A stretch of 64,000 bases of DNA, taken from NCBI GenBank assembly GCA_963767545.1, contig CAVYEV010000018.1:84142-148141 (forward strand), read 5' to 3'. The stretch is from Terriglobia bacterium. Its GTDB lineage: Bacteria > Acidobacteriota > Terriglobia > Bryobacterales > Bryobacteraceae. Shown here piece by piece: positions 41,984-52,682 of this stretch (positions are counted from its first letter, which is position 1; each line of letters starts with the position of its first letter). Both the position numbers and the translations under genes were made by a program. The notes under the pieces are model-generated. The model had not been told where the DNA came from. It saw only the letters and a program-made list of their open reading frames with translations, and ran no database searches.

Positions 41984-42661
41984 ATGCGTATACAGGTAGT
42001 TATTGCTTCTATTTTTGCGGCAAGCATGGCCGCGGCCCAAACTCAGACTCTTCCCAAGGCTCCGGCCAAGAAAACCGGTACGACCGCCGCCAAGAAGAGC
42101 ACCGTCGCAAGGCCGTCCCTGTACAGGCCGAGTTCGCTTAAAGATACGGCTCCCGAGCAATTCCGGGCGAGATTCACCACCACCAAGGGCGACATTGTGA
42201 TTGAGGTCACGCGCGCCATGGCGCCACTCGGCGCGGACCGCTTCTATAACCTCGTGAAGTATGGCTTCTATAACGGAGACGCCTTCTTTCGTGTAGTGCC
42301 TGGATTCGTCGTTCAGTTCGGCCTGAGCCCCATTCCGGCGGTCAATGCCGCCTGGGAGAAGGCCAAGCTCCCCGACGATCCTGTGCAAGGCAGCAATGGC
42401 CGCGGATTTGTGTGCTTCGCCACCTCCGGACCGAACACCCGCACCACTCAACTGTTCATCAATCTGGGAGACAACGCGCGCCTCGATACCATGGGCTTTG
42501 CCGCATTTGGCAAAGTTGCGGAGGGGATGGACGTGGTCGATAAAATCTACGCGGGCTACGGCGAGGCGCCAGACCAAGGTCTTATCACCAAGGAAGGCGC
42601 GGCTTATCTGAAGTCGAAGTTCCCGGAGATGGACACGATTACGAAAGCCGTCATCATGTAG
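41984..42661 (+). CDS. cyclophilin-type peptidyl-prolyl cis-trans isomerase, secreted
   Basis: ATG 41984 and a signal peptide. FYNGDAFFRVVPGFVVQFG, FATSGPNTRTTQLFINL and FGKVAEGMDVVDKI. Confidence 0.85.
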   Translation: MRIQVVIASIFAASMAAAQTQTLPKAPAKKTGTTAAKKSTVARPSLYRPSSLKDTAPEQFRARFTTTKGDIVIEVTRAMAPLGADRFYNLVKYGFYNGDAFFRVVPGFVVQFGLSPIPAVNAAWEKAKLPDDPVQGSNGRGFVCFATSGPNTRTTQLFINLGDNARLDTMGFAAFGKVAEGMDVVDKIYAGYGEAPDQGLITKEGAAYLKSKFPEMDTITKAVIM

Positions 42662-43022
42662 CGCGAATTTCCGACATAAGCGCCAATAAATTCTGGTCCG
42701 GATCGCGGAAAAATGCCATCCACAAATCGTGATCCGGAAGCTTGGCGACAAGATGCGGCTCGCCCTCAAACCTTACCCCGCGCGAGAGCAGCGCCTGAGT
42801 TTCCGCCTGGATATCGGCGACCTTGAAGTACAGCACGGAGTTCCCGCTCGGGTGTTCGGCGCCTTCCGGTTTGCTCAGCATCAGGCGAACGCCGCCGCAA
42901 TTGAAGAATGCAAGGCCGGGAAACTGAAAGAGAAAAGGGAGCTGCAGGATATCGCGGTAGAAGGCCACCGCGACATCGAGATCCGCCACATTCATCGCGA
43001 TCTGGCTGAGTTGGGAGAGCAT
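42654..43022 (-). CDS. VOC (glyoxalase/bleomycin-resistance) family protein
   Basis: 122 aa. LSQIAMNVADLDVAVAFYRDILQLPF and DHDLWMAFFRDPDQNLLALM. Confidence 0.7.
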   Translation of the reverse strand: MLSQLSQIAMNVADLDVAVAFYRDILQLPFLFQFPGLAFFNCGGVRLMLSKPEGAEHPSGNSVLYFKVADIQAETQALLSRGVRFEGEPHLVAKLPDHDLWMAFFRDPDQNLLALMSEIRAT

Positions 43023-43047
43023 TTCGCAGGTAGCTTATCACGCAAGT

Positions 43048-43406
43048 CTAAGCGGCTTGCTCGAGCCCTACCGTCAATCGCATGAAGATCGCCCGGAACG
43101 CCGCGTCGCGTTGGTCGAGGCGCGAGGCGTGATAGATATCGAGCAGGCGGTCCCACCTAGCTGGGTGAGTACTTGAGCCGGCGTGAGCTCGATTTTCTTT
43201 ATTCCCGCGGCGCGCAGAGCGGAATAGAGTTTGAACTTGGCCTCTGCGAGCGCGGGGCGCTGGCGCGATGCGCATGCCGCGTTAGGGGCACGTGGCATCT
43301 CCTTTTCCGTCGTATCGCCTTGCGTTCGGGCTTCCTGGACATCGGGAAAGCTGACAACATAACCGCCAACTTCTTTGTCCAGGATGAATCTGGCTGGATA
43401 TTCCAT
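43048..43406 (-). pseudogene. HicB-family antitoxin-like protein with C-terminal DNA-binding tail (1-2 frameshifts); no hicA seen
   Basis: MEYPARFILDKEVGGYVVSFPDVQEARTQGDT (HicB N-domain). LAEAKFKLYSALRAAGIKKIEL and, in another frame, DRLLDIYHASRLDQRDAAFRAI..RLTVGLEQAA. Confidence 0.5.
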
Positions 43407-43489
43407 TAGCGTGTTCCTTGCTGCTGAGGCCAGGGCCTCTTGTGAACTTGCAGCCAAGGTAGACCTTACCTGCGGCTACACCTCACGCC

Positions 43490-44506
<1,017 letters not shown>

Positions 44507-44557
44507 TTATGAGCCGCGCGGCAGGTCGAGCGGCCGCCGGCAGTGCCGCCGCAACTC

Positions 44558-44845
44558 CTAGCTGGCAGTCGTAGCTGGAGCCGGTGTCACCGGTTCCGTC
44601 TTGATGCTGACGTACTTGCCCATGCGGCCGCGATCGTGGAACTCGACAACGCCCGTCACCTTCGCGAACAGAGTGTCGTCCTTGCCCCACCCTACGTTCT
44701 CGCCGGGTTTGAGCGGTGTGCCGCGCTGGCGCACGATGATCGAACCGCCGGGGACGAGTTGCCCGCCGAAAACCTTCACGCCGAGCCGCTGCGCATTTGA
44801 ATCGCGGCCGTTTTTGGAACTGCCTAAACCTTTTTTATGTGCCAT
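44558..44845 (-). CDS. rpmA: 50S ribosomal protein L27
   Basis: [43 protein letters not shown]. Confidence 0.95.
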   Translation of the reverse strand: MAHKKGLGSSKNGRDSNAQRLGVKVFGGQLVPGGSIIVRQRGTPLKPGENVGWGKDDTLFAKVTGVVEFHDRGRMGKYVSIKTEPVTPAPATTAS

Positions 44846-45162
44846 CGAATTAGCTCACGAATATCGCGGATGCGCACTTCAGTGTAGTCCTGACGGTGCC
44901 CCTGAGTCCGCTTGTATTGCTTCTTACGCTTGAACTTGAAGACCAGAATCTTCTTGGCGCGATCGTGATCTTCGACGGTTGCGTTAACTTTGACGTTGGC
45001 GGCATTCTCGCCCGTCGCCAATTCGTTGTTGTCGCTGAAGAGCGCGAGAACGCGGCCAAGCTGGATCTCCGAGCCGATCTCGCCAGTCAGTTTCGGAATG
45101 CGGATCACGTCGCCGGAAGTAACGCGGAACTGCTTTCCGCCTGTCTCAATGATTGCGTGCAT
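44824..45162 (-). CDS. rplU: 50S ribosomal protein L21
   Basis: [20 protein letters not shown] and [21 protein letters not shown]. The 3' end overlaps rpmA by 22 nt. Confidence 0.9.
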   Translation of the reverse strand: MHAIIETGGKQFRVTSGDVIRIPKLTGEIGSEIQLGRVLALFSDNNELATGENAANVKVNATVEDHDRAKKILVFKFKRKKQYKRTQGHRQDYTEVRIRDIRELIRWHIKKV

Positions 45163-45542
45163 TTTGTAGATTTCCTCGAATGGCCTGGACTAGGGTTGAT
45201 GTGACTAGATTGATGTGTAGGGCACACACGTATGCGCCAGTCTAGTGCCGTAACTTCTGATTCTAATACAACTGACTACCGGATGACAAATCGCTATTTT
45301 TAGGGGCGACTTTGTTGAGCGGCGATCGCGTCGCGAATTCCCTCAAATGTGCGGCGGATATAACCCGAGAGCGTTGCGCGTGAGCGTGGCCGTCGAGCTC
45401 GCTGATCTCACGGAGGAGCATGCCCTCAACTCGCCACTCGATAAATCTGGCGCTTGCGATTAGGAAGTTTGGCGACTTCCGCCGCGATAGCGCTGACAGG
45501 CGCCTCGTAATCCCCAGTCGCTTTTCGATACAGGTATTGAAG

Positions 45543-46265
45543 GGTTCTAGTGCAAACCGGCGTTGAGTTGGGGATGATGAACAGATGGCATGATTCATAG
45601 CTGTCGAGGAGTTATTCAAGGGGCGACACTTCGATCAGGAGATCGTGGTTTTGTGCGTTCTTGGTATTTAAGCCTCAATCTAAGCTATCGCGATCTGGTG
45701 GCCATGAGGGGGGAACGTGGCATCTCTCTGGCACACACAACCATTCTGCGCTGGGTCCAGCACTACACCCCAGAATTTGTGAAGCGATGGAACCGATATG
45801 CGCGGCCAGTGGGTGGCTCCTGGCGGTGTGATGAGACCTATATAAAGGTGAAGGGCGCGTGGGTCTATGTATATCGGGCAGTGGACAAAGCTGGCAAGAC
45901 GGAACGCAGGCAAGACGTTTCTGCGGAAAGCGATAACGGAGCAACGGATTCCGACGAAGATTACGCTTGACGCCTAGGCCGCTTCTCACCGCGCCGTGTC
46001 TGATCTGAAAGGAACCGGCGAGTTGCCGAAGCGCGTTCGGGTTCGAAGCAGCAAGTATCTGAACCACACCATCGAACAAGACCACCGGGGAGTGAAACAA
46101 CGACTGGCTCCGATGCTGGGGGTGAAGAGCTTCCGAACCGCAGCGGTAGTGATCAGCGGGATCGAACTCGCCGAGAAAATCAAGAAGCAGCAATTCAAGA
46201 ACGGGAAGTTGGGCGGTGCCACGGCGACCATGCCGGAAATCTGGCGGGCGGCACTGGCTGCATAA
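45543..46265 (+). mobile_element. IS6-family insertion sequence relic (transposase with lost start, frameshifts, internal deletion and in-frame TAG)
   Basis: FKGRHFDQEIVVLCV / WYLSLNLSYRDLVAMRGERGISLAHTTILRWVQHYTPEF / WRCDETYIKVKGAWVYVYRAVDKAGKT / FLRKAITEQRIPTKITLDA-TAG-AASHRAV..NHTIEQDHRGVKQRL..KSFRTAAVVISGIEL is colinear with IS26-type Tnp. GGTTCTAGTGCAAA at 45543-45556 matches the IS26 inverted repeat GGCACTGTTGCAAA at 10/14 positions. Confidence 0.7.
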
Positions 46266-47294
46266 CCGGAATTACTCCGAATGACAACACAAACATCGAT
46301 ACGCTGCCGACGGAGAACCATCGAAGTATCGGTCTAAGGCCGAGCGAATGCTTCACAAAGGTTGACAAGAAGATCGTGGTTGGACTTCAGCTCCTGTGTT
46401 GCCCAATCGTTCGTAGTGAGCCCTTGAATCGAATCTAGGTATTGGGCGAACCAATTTTGGGTGAACTTTTCGTAGTCCTCTTCGTCGCGTTCTTTTGCAA
46501 TTTCAAAACCTGACTTTTAAGAAGTTCAATGATGTCCATGGATTCTTTCTACGACCCCAAAAGTAACCAATAAACATTATGGGCCCCATCCACTCGATCG
46601 ACCCTGAAGCTTCGGCGTTCCGCCAAACCGCACGAGTTGTCTGGCCGGGGTCCGCCACTGATCGAGTCCGGTTATCGGAAAGTGACCTTTACCGTCCAGA
46701 TCGTCGGCACCCGGCACATCGTTCGGTATCCCGGCAAACTGGGCTCGTTGTAGTTCCTATGGCAGCCTCGCTCGGAAAGTTAACGGGTAATCCTGTCGCG
46801 CAGATAACCTGAATCGGCGCAGATGCCGAAGGGCGAACACCCGTTTATCGGTCTGTTGAAGCTGCGCGGCTACGTACTCAATTCATATCAACCGCGAGGT
46901 AGGTCCAAAGCCCGCGTGTTGCATCGCCAACCGAGATTTCCAGGCTGACGCGGCGTCTATGAGCAAAGTTGGATCGTGGACCTGGAGTGTATTCGGGGTG
47001 GGCGGAGCGCAATATTGCGCAGTCCATGGACTATGCTGACTGGCTTCGTCGTGGGCAAGCCGGCACTGCCGTTGAATCGCTTTCAACCGAAATCCACGAA
47101 GTTGAATTCAGTGGCAACCCAGGCAGCACCCATGCCGCTCTTGCAATCGCAGCGGATCGCCCATTGCCTATTCTCCACGAGCCTTCCTACCGAGCCGGTT
47201 AAGGCGCTTTGGCCGTATCGCGACAGGAATGCCGGGGCGATAGAGATTTTCGTAACGAACCGGCCGATGAGACCGGCGAAGACAAAAATCTAGA

Positions 47295-48907
47295 TCAGGC
47301 GGAAGATCGACACTTACTATGCACAGGCGATCTTACGCATACGTTATCCAGGCTGAACCTCCCCGCCACCTCCCGAAAAGCCGCAATCTGAACCGACTCC
47401 CAAGCTGCGTCGAAACCGAGCTCACGAGCCATCAACCCCGCGACCTTTGGAGCGGCATCCAGCGCCGCTCTCGCATTCAAAAAAAGAGCGCGCGTCCGCC
47501 GGCACAAAACATCCTCAACCGTTCGCGCCATTTCATGTCGAACGGCCCAGATCACCTCCGCGCCCACATACGGCAGTTCTCGCGTTAAGCGCTCCGCCAG
47601 CTCAGGTTCGCTCCTCATCAACTCCTGAATCGCCGGCGCGTCCGACCCGTAGAAAGATAAAAGACCAAAGTCGCGTGCCTGAGCATGGAATCCATGGATA
47701 TTGAGCCGCCTGGTGACGCAATCGCGTTCCGGCAGCTTTCCAAGCGTCGCGGCATGGTTCACACAATCTTCGGCCATGTTTCGATAAGTAGTCCACTTGC
47801 CCCCCGCAATATTCAACAGCCCCGATTCATCTATGTGTATCGTGTGATCGCGCGATAGTGCCGCGGTGTTGCTGGAATTGGCGGCCTTGACCAACGGTCG
47901 AATGCCGGTAAACACGCTTAGAACGTCTTTGCGCGTGGGGGCCTTATGCAGATATTCGCCCGCTGTCCGCAGAATGAACTCGATCTCCTCGATCCTTGGG
48001 CGATGGCTCCGGCGTTGGTTCCGGGATTGGCGTATCGGTAGTTCCGACCAGCGTATGGCCATGCCAGGGGATTGCGAACATCACGCGGCCATCGCTGGTA
48101 TGCGGCACCATGATGGCCGAATCGCCCGGAAGAAACGACTTATCGAAAACCAGGTGAACTCCCTGACTCGGCGTAGATCATTGCCTTCACTGACTTATCG
48201 GCAAGCCTGCGGAGGCTATCCGTAAACGGGCCTGTCGCGTTGACGACAACTTTGGCCGCCGCCGTAAACTCTTCGCCGCTCTCCTCGTCTGAAGCGGTAA
48301 CTCCATTGACGAACCCGTCGCGATCTTTCGTAATTCCCGAAACACTGCAATAGTTGACGAGCGTGGCGCTTTGTTCCGCCGCCGTTGCCACCATATTGAT
48401 GAGCAACCGCGCGTCGTCGAACTGACCGTCGTAGTAAACCACGCCTCCGCGCAAGCCGTCCCGATTGATCGTCGGCAAGCGTTGCAGGGTCTCTTCGCGG
48501 GACAGAATCTTCGATGGACCAAATCCATACTGGCCTGACAGGATATTGTAGATTTTTAATCCCAGACCATAGAACGGCGCTTCCCACCAGTCGTAATTCG
48601 GCACGACGAATGCCAGGTCGCTCACCAGATGCGGGGCATTCCGGCGCAAAATGCCTCGCTCTTTGAGCGCTTCCATGACCAGCGAAATGTTTCCCTGTTC
48701 AAGGTAGCGGACGCCTCCATGCACGAGCTTCGTGCTTCGGCTTGATGTGCCCTTTCCGAAATCGCCGCGCTCGAGGAGCAGCGTATCGTATCCGCGCGAA
48801 GCAGCATCGATCGCTGTGCCGACTCCGGTGGCGCCGCCTCCAACGATAACGATGTCCCATTCGGCAGTATGTGCCTGAAGCCGATTGAGCATTTTCTGAC
48901 GCGTCAA
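47295..48907 (-). pseudogene. glpD: FAD-dependent glycerol-3-phosphate dehydrogenase (at least 2 frameshifts near 48165 and 48010)
   Basis: N-terminus DIVIVGGGATGVGTAIDAASRGY..GTSSRSTKLVHGGVRYLE (48140..48907). The middle SQGVHLVFDK..IPWHGHTLVGTTDTP is in another frame. The C-terminal half is ORF 47295..48062 (FTGIRPL, GGKWTTYR, RRTR). Confidence 0.8.
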
Positions 48908-49289
48908 TTTATCCCGTCCTCTCTGCGTTTTTTCAGCGCTTCATTGAGCTACGCTCTTGGATCTGAGGAGAAAATGCACTGGTAACCATTCTGCCGTGGG
49001 AGTTTGGTGCCGATCGCCGCACAGCATAAAGCCACAACCCTCCCCGCTAAAGTGTACTTCCGGATCGACGCGGCCGATTTGCCGAAGTTAACCCTCGAAG
49101 TCCGTACGTTCACAACAAGACTCGTTGCTAGTACCAAATTACAAAAATTGGCGTACAGCACCCCTTGCTTACGCGCGAGGCCCAGCAATGAGTTATAAGC
49201 CGCGACCGTAAGGGAGTCGCTGCGCAGACTTTCGCACGTAGTTTCTAACTGGGTCAAATCTGAGAATTCATCTTTCAGAGTTTCAGGCC

Positions 49290-49925
49290 GCGAGGAGGTC
49301 GATCACACGTTGAATGGCATGGTCAGCCTTGTGGAAGGCGGTTTCGATCTTGTTGTCGGGCTTGAGGGTTTCGTCAGGCCGGTGATGGAACAGTGAGTTG
49401 GCCACTGGTCCACAGACGCGCTTGTGGAAGAGGATAAACACCAGAGCGGCTTTCACTACTTTGTCGCTGAGGCAGCAAGCCGCGGCCTTTCATCTTGCGG
49501 AGGTCGTAGCGTAGTTGGGTGACGGTATAGGCGGTGGCCGGTAGGCTCGATGTAGTAAGGATGCTTGCTGGATTTCAGCGGAACGCCATCCGTTGAGTTG
49601 TGTACCGCCGTGGAGCATTACCTTCAGCAGCCGGATCATGCGGGTGTCGTCGATCTTAATGCCTGCGATTTTGGTCTTGCGGACAGTGACCGCCAGAGCC
49701 ATTCGTTGGAACAGCGGGAAGTCGACGTGGACGTTCAGGGATTGCGCCTCGAAACCGGGCGAAGCGATCGGCACCCAGCCACGTTACGGGATGCATGGAG
49801 ATCACCACAGCGCCGCCAATTTCGCTTTTAAGTTCATCGGCGGCTGCCAGGACACTATAGAGGCTTATTTGAAGTACTTCTATTTCGCGTCGCGGGACTC
49901 CGTAAAAGAGACCATCAATTACCAA
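49290..49925 (-). pseudogene. frameshifted relic of a conserved hypothetical gene, possibly mobile-element associated
   Basis: Colinear pieces lie in three frames, ending YTVTQLRYDLRKMK.. and FHKRVCGPVANSLFHHRPDETLKPDNKIETAFHKADHAIQRVIDLLAA-stop. The family was not securely recognised. Confidence 0.3.
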
Positions 49926-50091
49926 GATGCGTTATAGATCATTTCTCCGGGAACCAAGTGACTGATAAAAGACACACACGATTTCTATAGACGGAATCGC
50001 TACGAACTTCGAACCAGTAGGCCGAGAGTCCAAGTCTCTCCGGGCGCAGAAATAAAGACCTAACTGGACTCAATGAGTGCTTGCTTCACCG

Positions 50092-51426
50092 TTAAATCGA
50101 AATATTGGCGCTGAATCGCGGACGTTCCTTGCGGATATAATCCGTATCCTGATGCGGCACGCTGTCGCATTCGATCGCGATGGTTGTCACTGGGCTATCC
50201 GGCGCGGTCTGCGGCAACCCGAAGAACTGCAATCGGAAATCGTCCTGCTTGAACTTCACCGGGGTATTCGTCGCAAACAGCTTCGCCGATTGAACTTTGT
50301 TCCGCAGTCCACCGAGATTAACCGTCGAACCCGGCCAGAAGTGCACGTGCATATATAGCGTGTTGCCCCGGCGCGTGAACTCGGCGTAGTTCGATCGCCG
50401 CACCTGGCACGGCTCGCTCTTATAAATGGTGTCGCCATTGCGATCCATCCACTTCCCGACCGCACTCATGATGCGCACCGACTCTTCAGGAATGGAGCCA
50501 TCCGCCTTGGGCCCAATATTGATCAGGTAGTTCCCGGTATCGTGCGCGCACGTAATAAGATTCCGCACCACCTGCTTGGGCGACTTCCAATCGTCGTCCG
50601 CAGCCTGATAGCCCCAGCTATCGTTCATTGTCATGCAGGATTCCCAGGCTTGCCCATCCTTCGTCGCTTCGATCTTCTGTTCCGGCGTTGAAAAATCGCC
50701 CTTGAGCTTATTGCGATTATTGACGATGATCTCCGGCTGTAACTGGAAGACCATGTCGTTCATCTTGTCCGATTCCCAGCCTTTCGCATCGAGCGGCCAT
50801 GAGACGTCGTACCAGAGCACGTCGATTTTGCCGTAGTTCGTGAGCAGTTCGCGGATCTGTCCGTGAATATAGGCGACGAAACGCTTGCGGGCTGCTTCAT
50901 CGGTCGCGCAGCGCGCGCCGTCCGGATGGTGCCAATCCATCAATGAATAGTAGAATCCAACGCGCATGCCTTGCGCTCGCGCAGCATCGACATACTCTCT
51001 AACCAGATCGCGTCCCGGACCCTGCTTAACCGCCGTATAGTTCGTCAGCTTACTGTCGAAATGGCAGAATCCCTCGTGGTGCTTGGTCGTCATGACCATG
51101 TACTTTTGCCCGGCCGCCTTGGCTAGTTTTGCCCAATCGCGCGCCGGATAGGGCTTGGGCTTGAACTTCTTCGCAAACTGTTCGTATTCCTTGACCGGCC
51201 AGCCTTCGTCTTCCATGGCCCATTCGTGGCGGCCATTGACGCTGTAGAGGCCCCAGTGGATGAACATGCCGAAGCGCGCTTCGTGCCACCACTCCATGCG
51301 TTGCGCGCGCGTGGCGTCGGGATTGATGGAAGCGCCCTTGAGATTCGAAATGGAGGAAAGCGCCTGAGCGCCCGCGGCGGCAAGGCCGAGAGCCTCACGG
51401 CGTGTGAGATTGCTTTTCATGATCAA
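50092..51426 (-). CDS. alpha-L-fucosidase (GH29), Tat/Sec-exported
   Basis: TRREALGLAAAGAQA, WWHEARFGMFIHWGLYSV, KYMVMTTKHHEGFCHFDS, GFYYSLMDWHHPD and DVLWYD. Confidence 0.85.
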   Translation of the reverse strand: MIMKSNLTRREALGLAAAGAQALSSISNLKGASINPDATRAQRMEWWHEARFGMFIHWGLYSVNGRHEWAMEDEGWPVKEYEQFAKKFKPKPYPARDWAKLAKAAGQKYMVMTTKHHEGFCHFDSKLTNYTAVKQGPGRDLVREYVDAARAQGMRVGFYYSLMDWHHPDGARCATDEAARKRFVAYIHGQIRELLTNYGKIDVLWYDVSWPLDAKGWESDKMNDMVFQLQPEIIVNNRNKLKGDFSTPEQKIEATKDGQAWESCMTMNDSWGYQAADDDWKSPKQVVRNLITCAHDTGNYLINIGPKADGSIPEESVRIMSAVGKWMDRNGDTIYKSEPCQVRRSNYAEFTRRGNTLYMHVHFWPGSTVNLGGLRNKVQSAKLFATNTPVKFKQDDFRLQFFGLPQTAPDSPVTTIAIECDSVPHQDTDYIRKERPRFSANISI

Positions 51427-51458
51427 TTAACATCATAACGCAATCCGTTAACGGTAAA

Positions 51459-51731
51459 CTACGCTCGTTCATCCAACAGTTCTTCGAGACTATGGGCATC
51501 GAGAATCCTCAATGCGAGGTCCTCCGTCTCAGTTTGCGAACTCCCGTTAAGCTGTTCTTCGGCCCAAGCCGGCAGTGCACCAAACCGCTGTTCGATGAGC
51601 CGCCGGACAACTTTCTTCGTCCCCTTCCTTCTCTTCCCTCTTCGCCGACCCTCTTCCCGGCCCTCTCGTTTCCCCTCGCGATACGGCGGACCCAGCACTT
51701 CGTTGTCCTCAATCCCGTAAGTGATCGCCAT
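51459..51731 (-). CDS. stand-alone DUF4351-like module (90 aa), tandem duplicate of the C-terminus of the upstream Rpn-like gene
   Basis: MAITYGIEDNEVLGPPYREGKREGREEG..VVRRLIEQRFGALPAWAEEQLNGSSQTETEDLALRILDAHSLEEL is nearly identical to the 51732..52022 product. Confidence 0.5.
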   Translation of the reverse strand: MAITYGIEDNEVLGPPYREGKREGREEGRRRGKRRKGTKKVVRRLIEQRFGALPAWAEEQLNGSSQTETEDLALRILDAHSLEELLDERA

Positions 51732-52022
51732 TTAATTCTTCCCGAATAATTCCTGGAGAGTCGGGGCATCGAGAATCCTCAATGCGAGATCCTCCGTTTC
51801 AGTTTGCGATCTCCCGTTGAGCTGTTCTTCGGCCCAAATCGGCAGTGGACCAAACCGCTGTTCGATTAGCCGCCGGACAACTTTCTTCATCCCCTCCTTC
51901 TTCCTCCTCTTCGCGGCCCTCCTTCTTCCCCTCTTCGCGACCCTCTTCGCGACCCTCCCTTTTCCCCTCGCGGTACGGCGGACCCAGTACCTCGTTGTCC
52001 TCAATCCCGTAACTGATCGCCA
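51459..52022 (-). repeat. tandem direct duplication (unit about 273-290 bp) of the DUF4351-encoding module
   Basis: ATCGAGAATCCTCAATGCGAG.TCCTCCGT.TCAGTTTGCGA and ATCCCGTAA.TGATCGCCAT recur at the same spacing in both units. Confidence 0.75.
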
Positions 52023-52614
52023 TGTTCTTCCACTCCTCCTTGGCCTCGACAGCCAAGCCTCTCATCCCGCATGTTAGCAAAAGCCGCTGTAGCGCGCCCT
52101 CTCTCTTGCCCTGCTCTAAGCCGATAATCTTTTTCAGAATTCGACGAATAGCATCCACCCGATCCTCAACGCTCGCGAGCAACGCCAGGATATTATCCGA
52201 AACTCTATCGCTGGCCAACAGTGCCTCTCCATCCAGGTCGCGGATGTCCACAAGCCGATACCAGAAGTTCATGCCTTCTTCGTCGATCCGTTCCTGCATC
52301 CGCGATTTTTCATTCCCCACGTAGAGCAGCACCTGCCTCGGATAGCGTCCGTCTCTTCGCAGGATGCAGGCGGCGTATTCCAGCATCCGTAAGGCCATCT
52401 CCGGATCATTGGTACTCTGCAATTCGATATGCAGCAGTTTCACCGTATCGAGTTCGGCCACCAGATCGACTCGCCGGTTCTGTACGCTCGGCAATTCCAC
52501 GTTAAGCCACCGCTTGACTTTGCCGTCAGCACCCAATTGCCGCAACGCCTCGTCGGCGGATTCAGCCAGCAGCAGTTTCAATGTAATGTCGCACTCGTGC
52601 ATCCTTTTCCCCAT
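51732..52614 (-). CDS. Rpn-family (YhgA-like PD-(D/E)XK) recombination-promoting nuclease/putative transposase with C-terminal DUF4351 (1 frameshift near 51950)
   Basis: RRVDLVAEL..LLHIELQSTNDPEMALRMLEYAA (D..E-x-Q core), then an E/G/R/K-rich linker. VVRRLIEQRFGPLPIWAEEQLNGRSQTETEDLALRILDAPTLQELF is in ORF 51732..52004. Confidence 0.6.
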
Positions 52615-52682
52615 AAATGAAGTGCAACCGCCTGCCGCCCGCTCTCAGAAAAATTCCGGCCGTGTGCTACGATTTCGAAATC

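Noticed and set aside
43407-43489. Searched for a hicA toxin partner next to the HicB-like gene.
   Set aside because: Only about 80 nt separate it from obg, and downstream is the VOC gene. No HicA-like ORF exists on either side.
44824-44845. 22-nt overlap of rplU and rpmA with a 9-10 residue L21 C-terminal extension, possibly programmed or from a lost stop.
   Set aside because: It is most simply a slightly longer L21 tail or a single indel near the stop. There is no slippery-site or structure evidence.
46480-46515. Possible right inverted repeat of the IS6 relic (TTTTGCAATTTCAAAACC).
   Set aside because: It matches the left candidate only at its ends and needs a 3-nt indel. It also lies about 230 bp past the transposase stop, too far for IS6-family elements.
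46337-46540. Small minus-strand ORF reading ...FEIAKERDEEDYEKFTQNWFAQYLDSIQGLTTNDWATQELKSNHDLLVNLCEAFARP.
   Set aside because: The composition looks protein-like, but a start codon is reached only through another frameshift and no family was recognised. Support is too weak for a feature call.
50001-50048. tRNA-like 3' fragment: GAGAG-TCCAAGT-CTCTC hairpin followed by CGGGCGCA (T-arm plus acceptor-like), a possible att site.
   Set aside because: The loop has C where the near-universal T55 should be. No matching 5' acceptor strand, D-arm or anticodon arm lies upstream, and no integrase is nearby.
51590-51990. Short periodic CT-rich repeats (CCCTTCCTTCTCTTCCC...) that might suggest a repeat array or CRISPR.
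   Set aside because: They are the antisense of E/G/R/K-coding low-complexity linkers inside the Rpn/DUF4351 genes. There is no repeat-spacer organisation.
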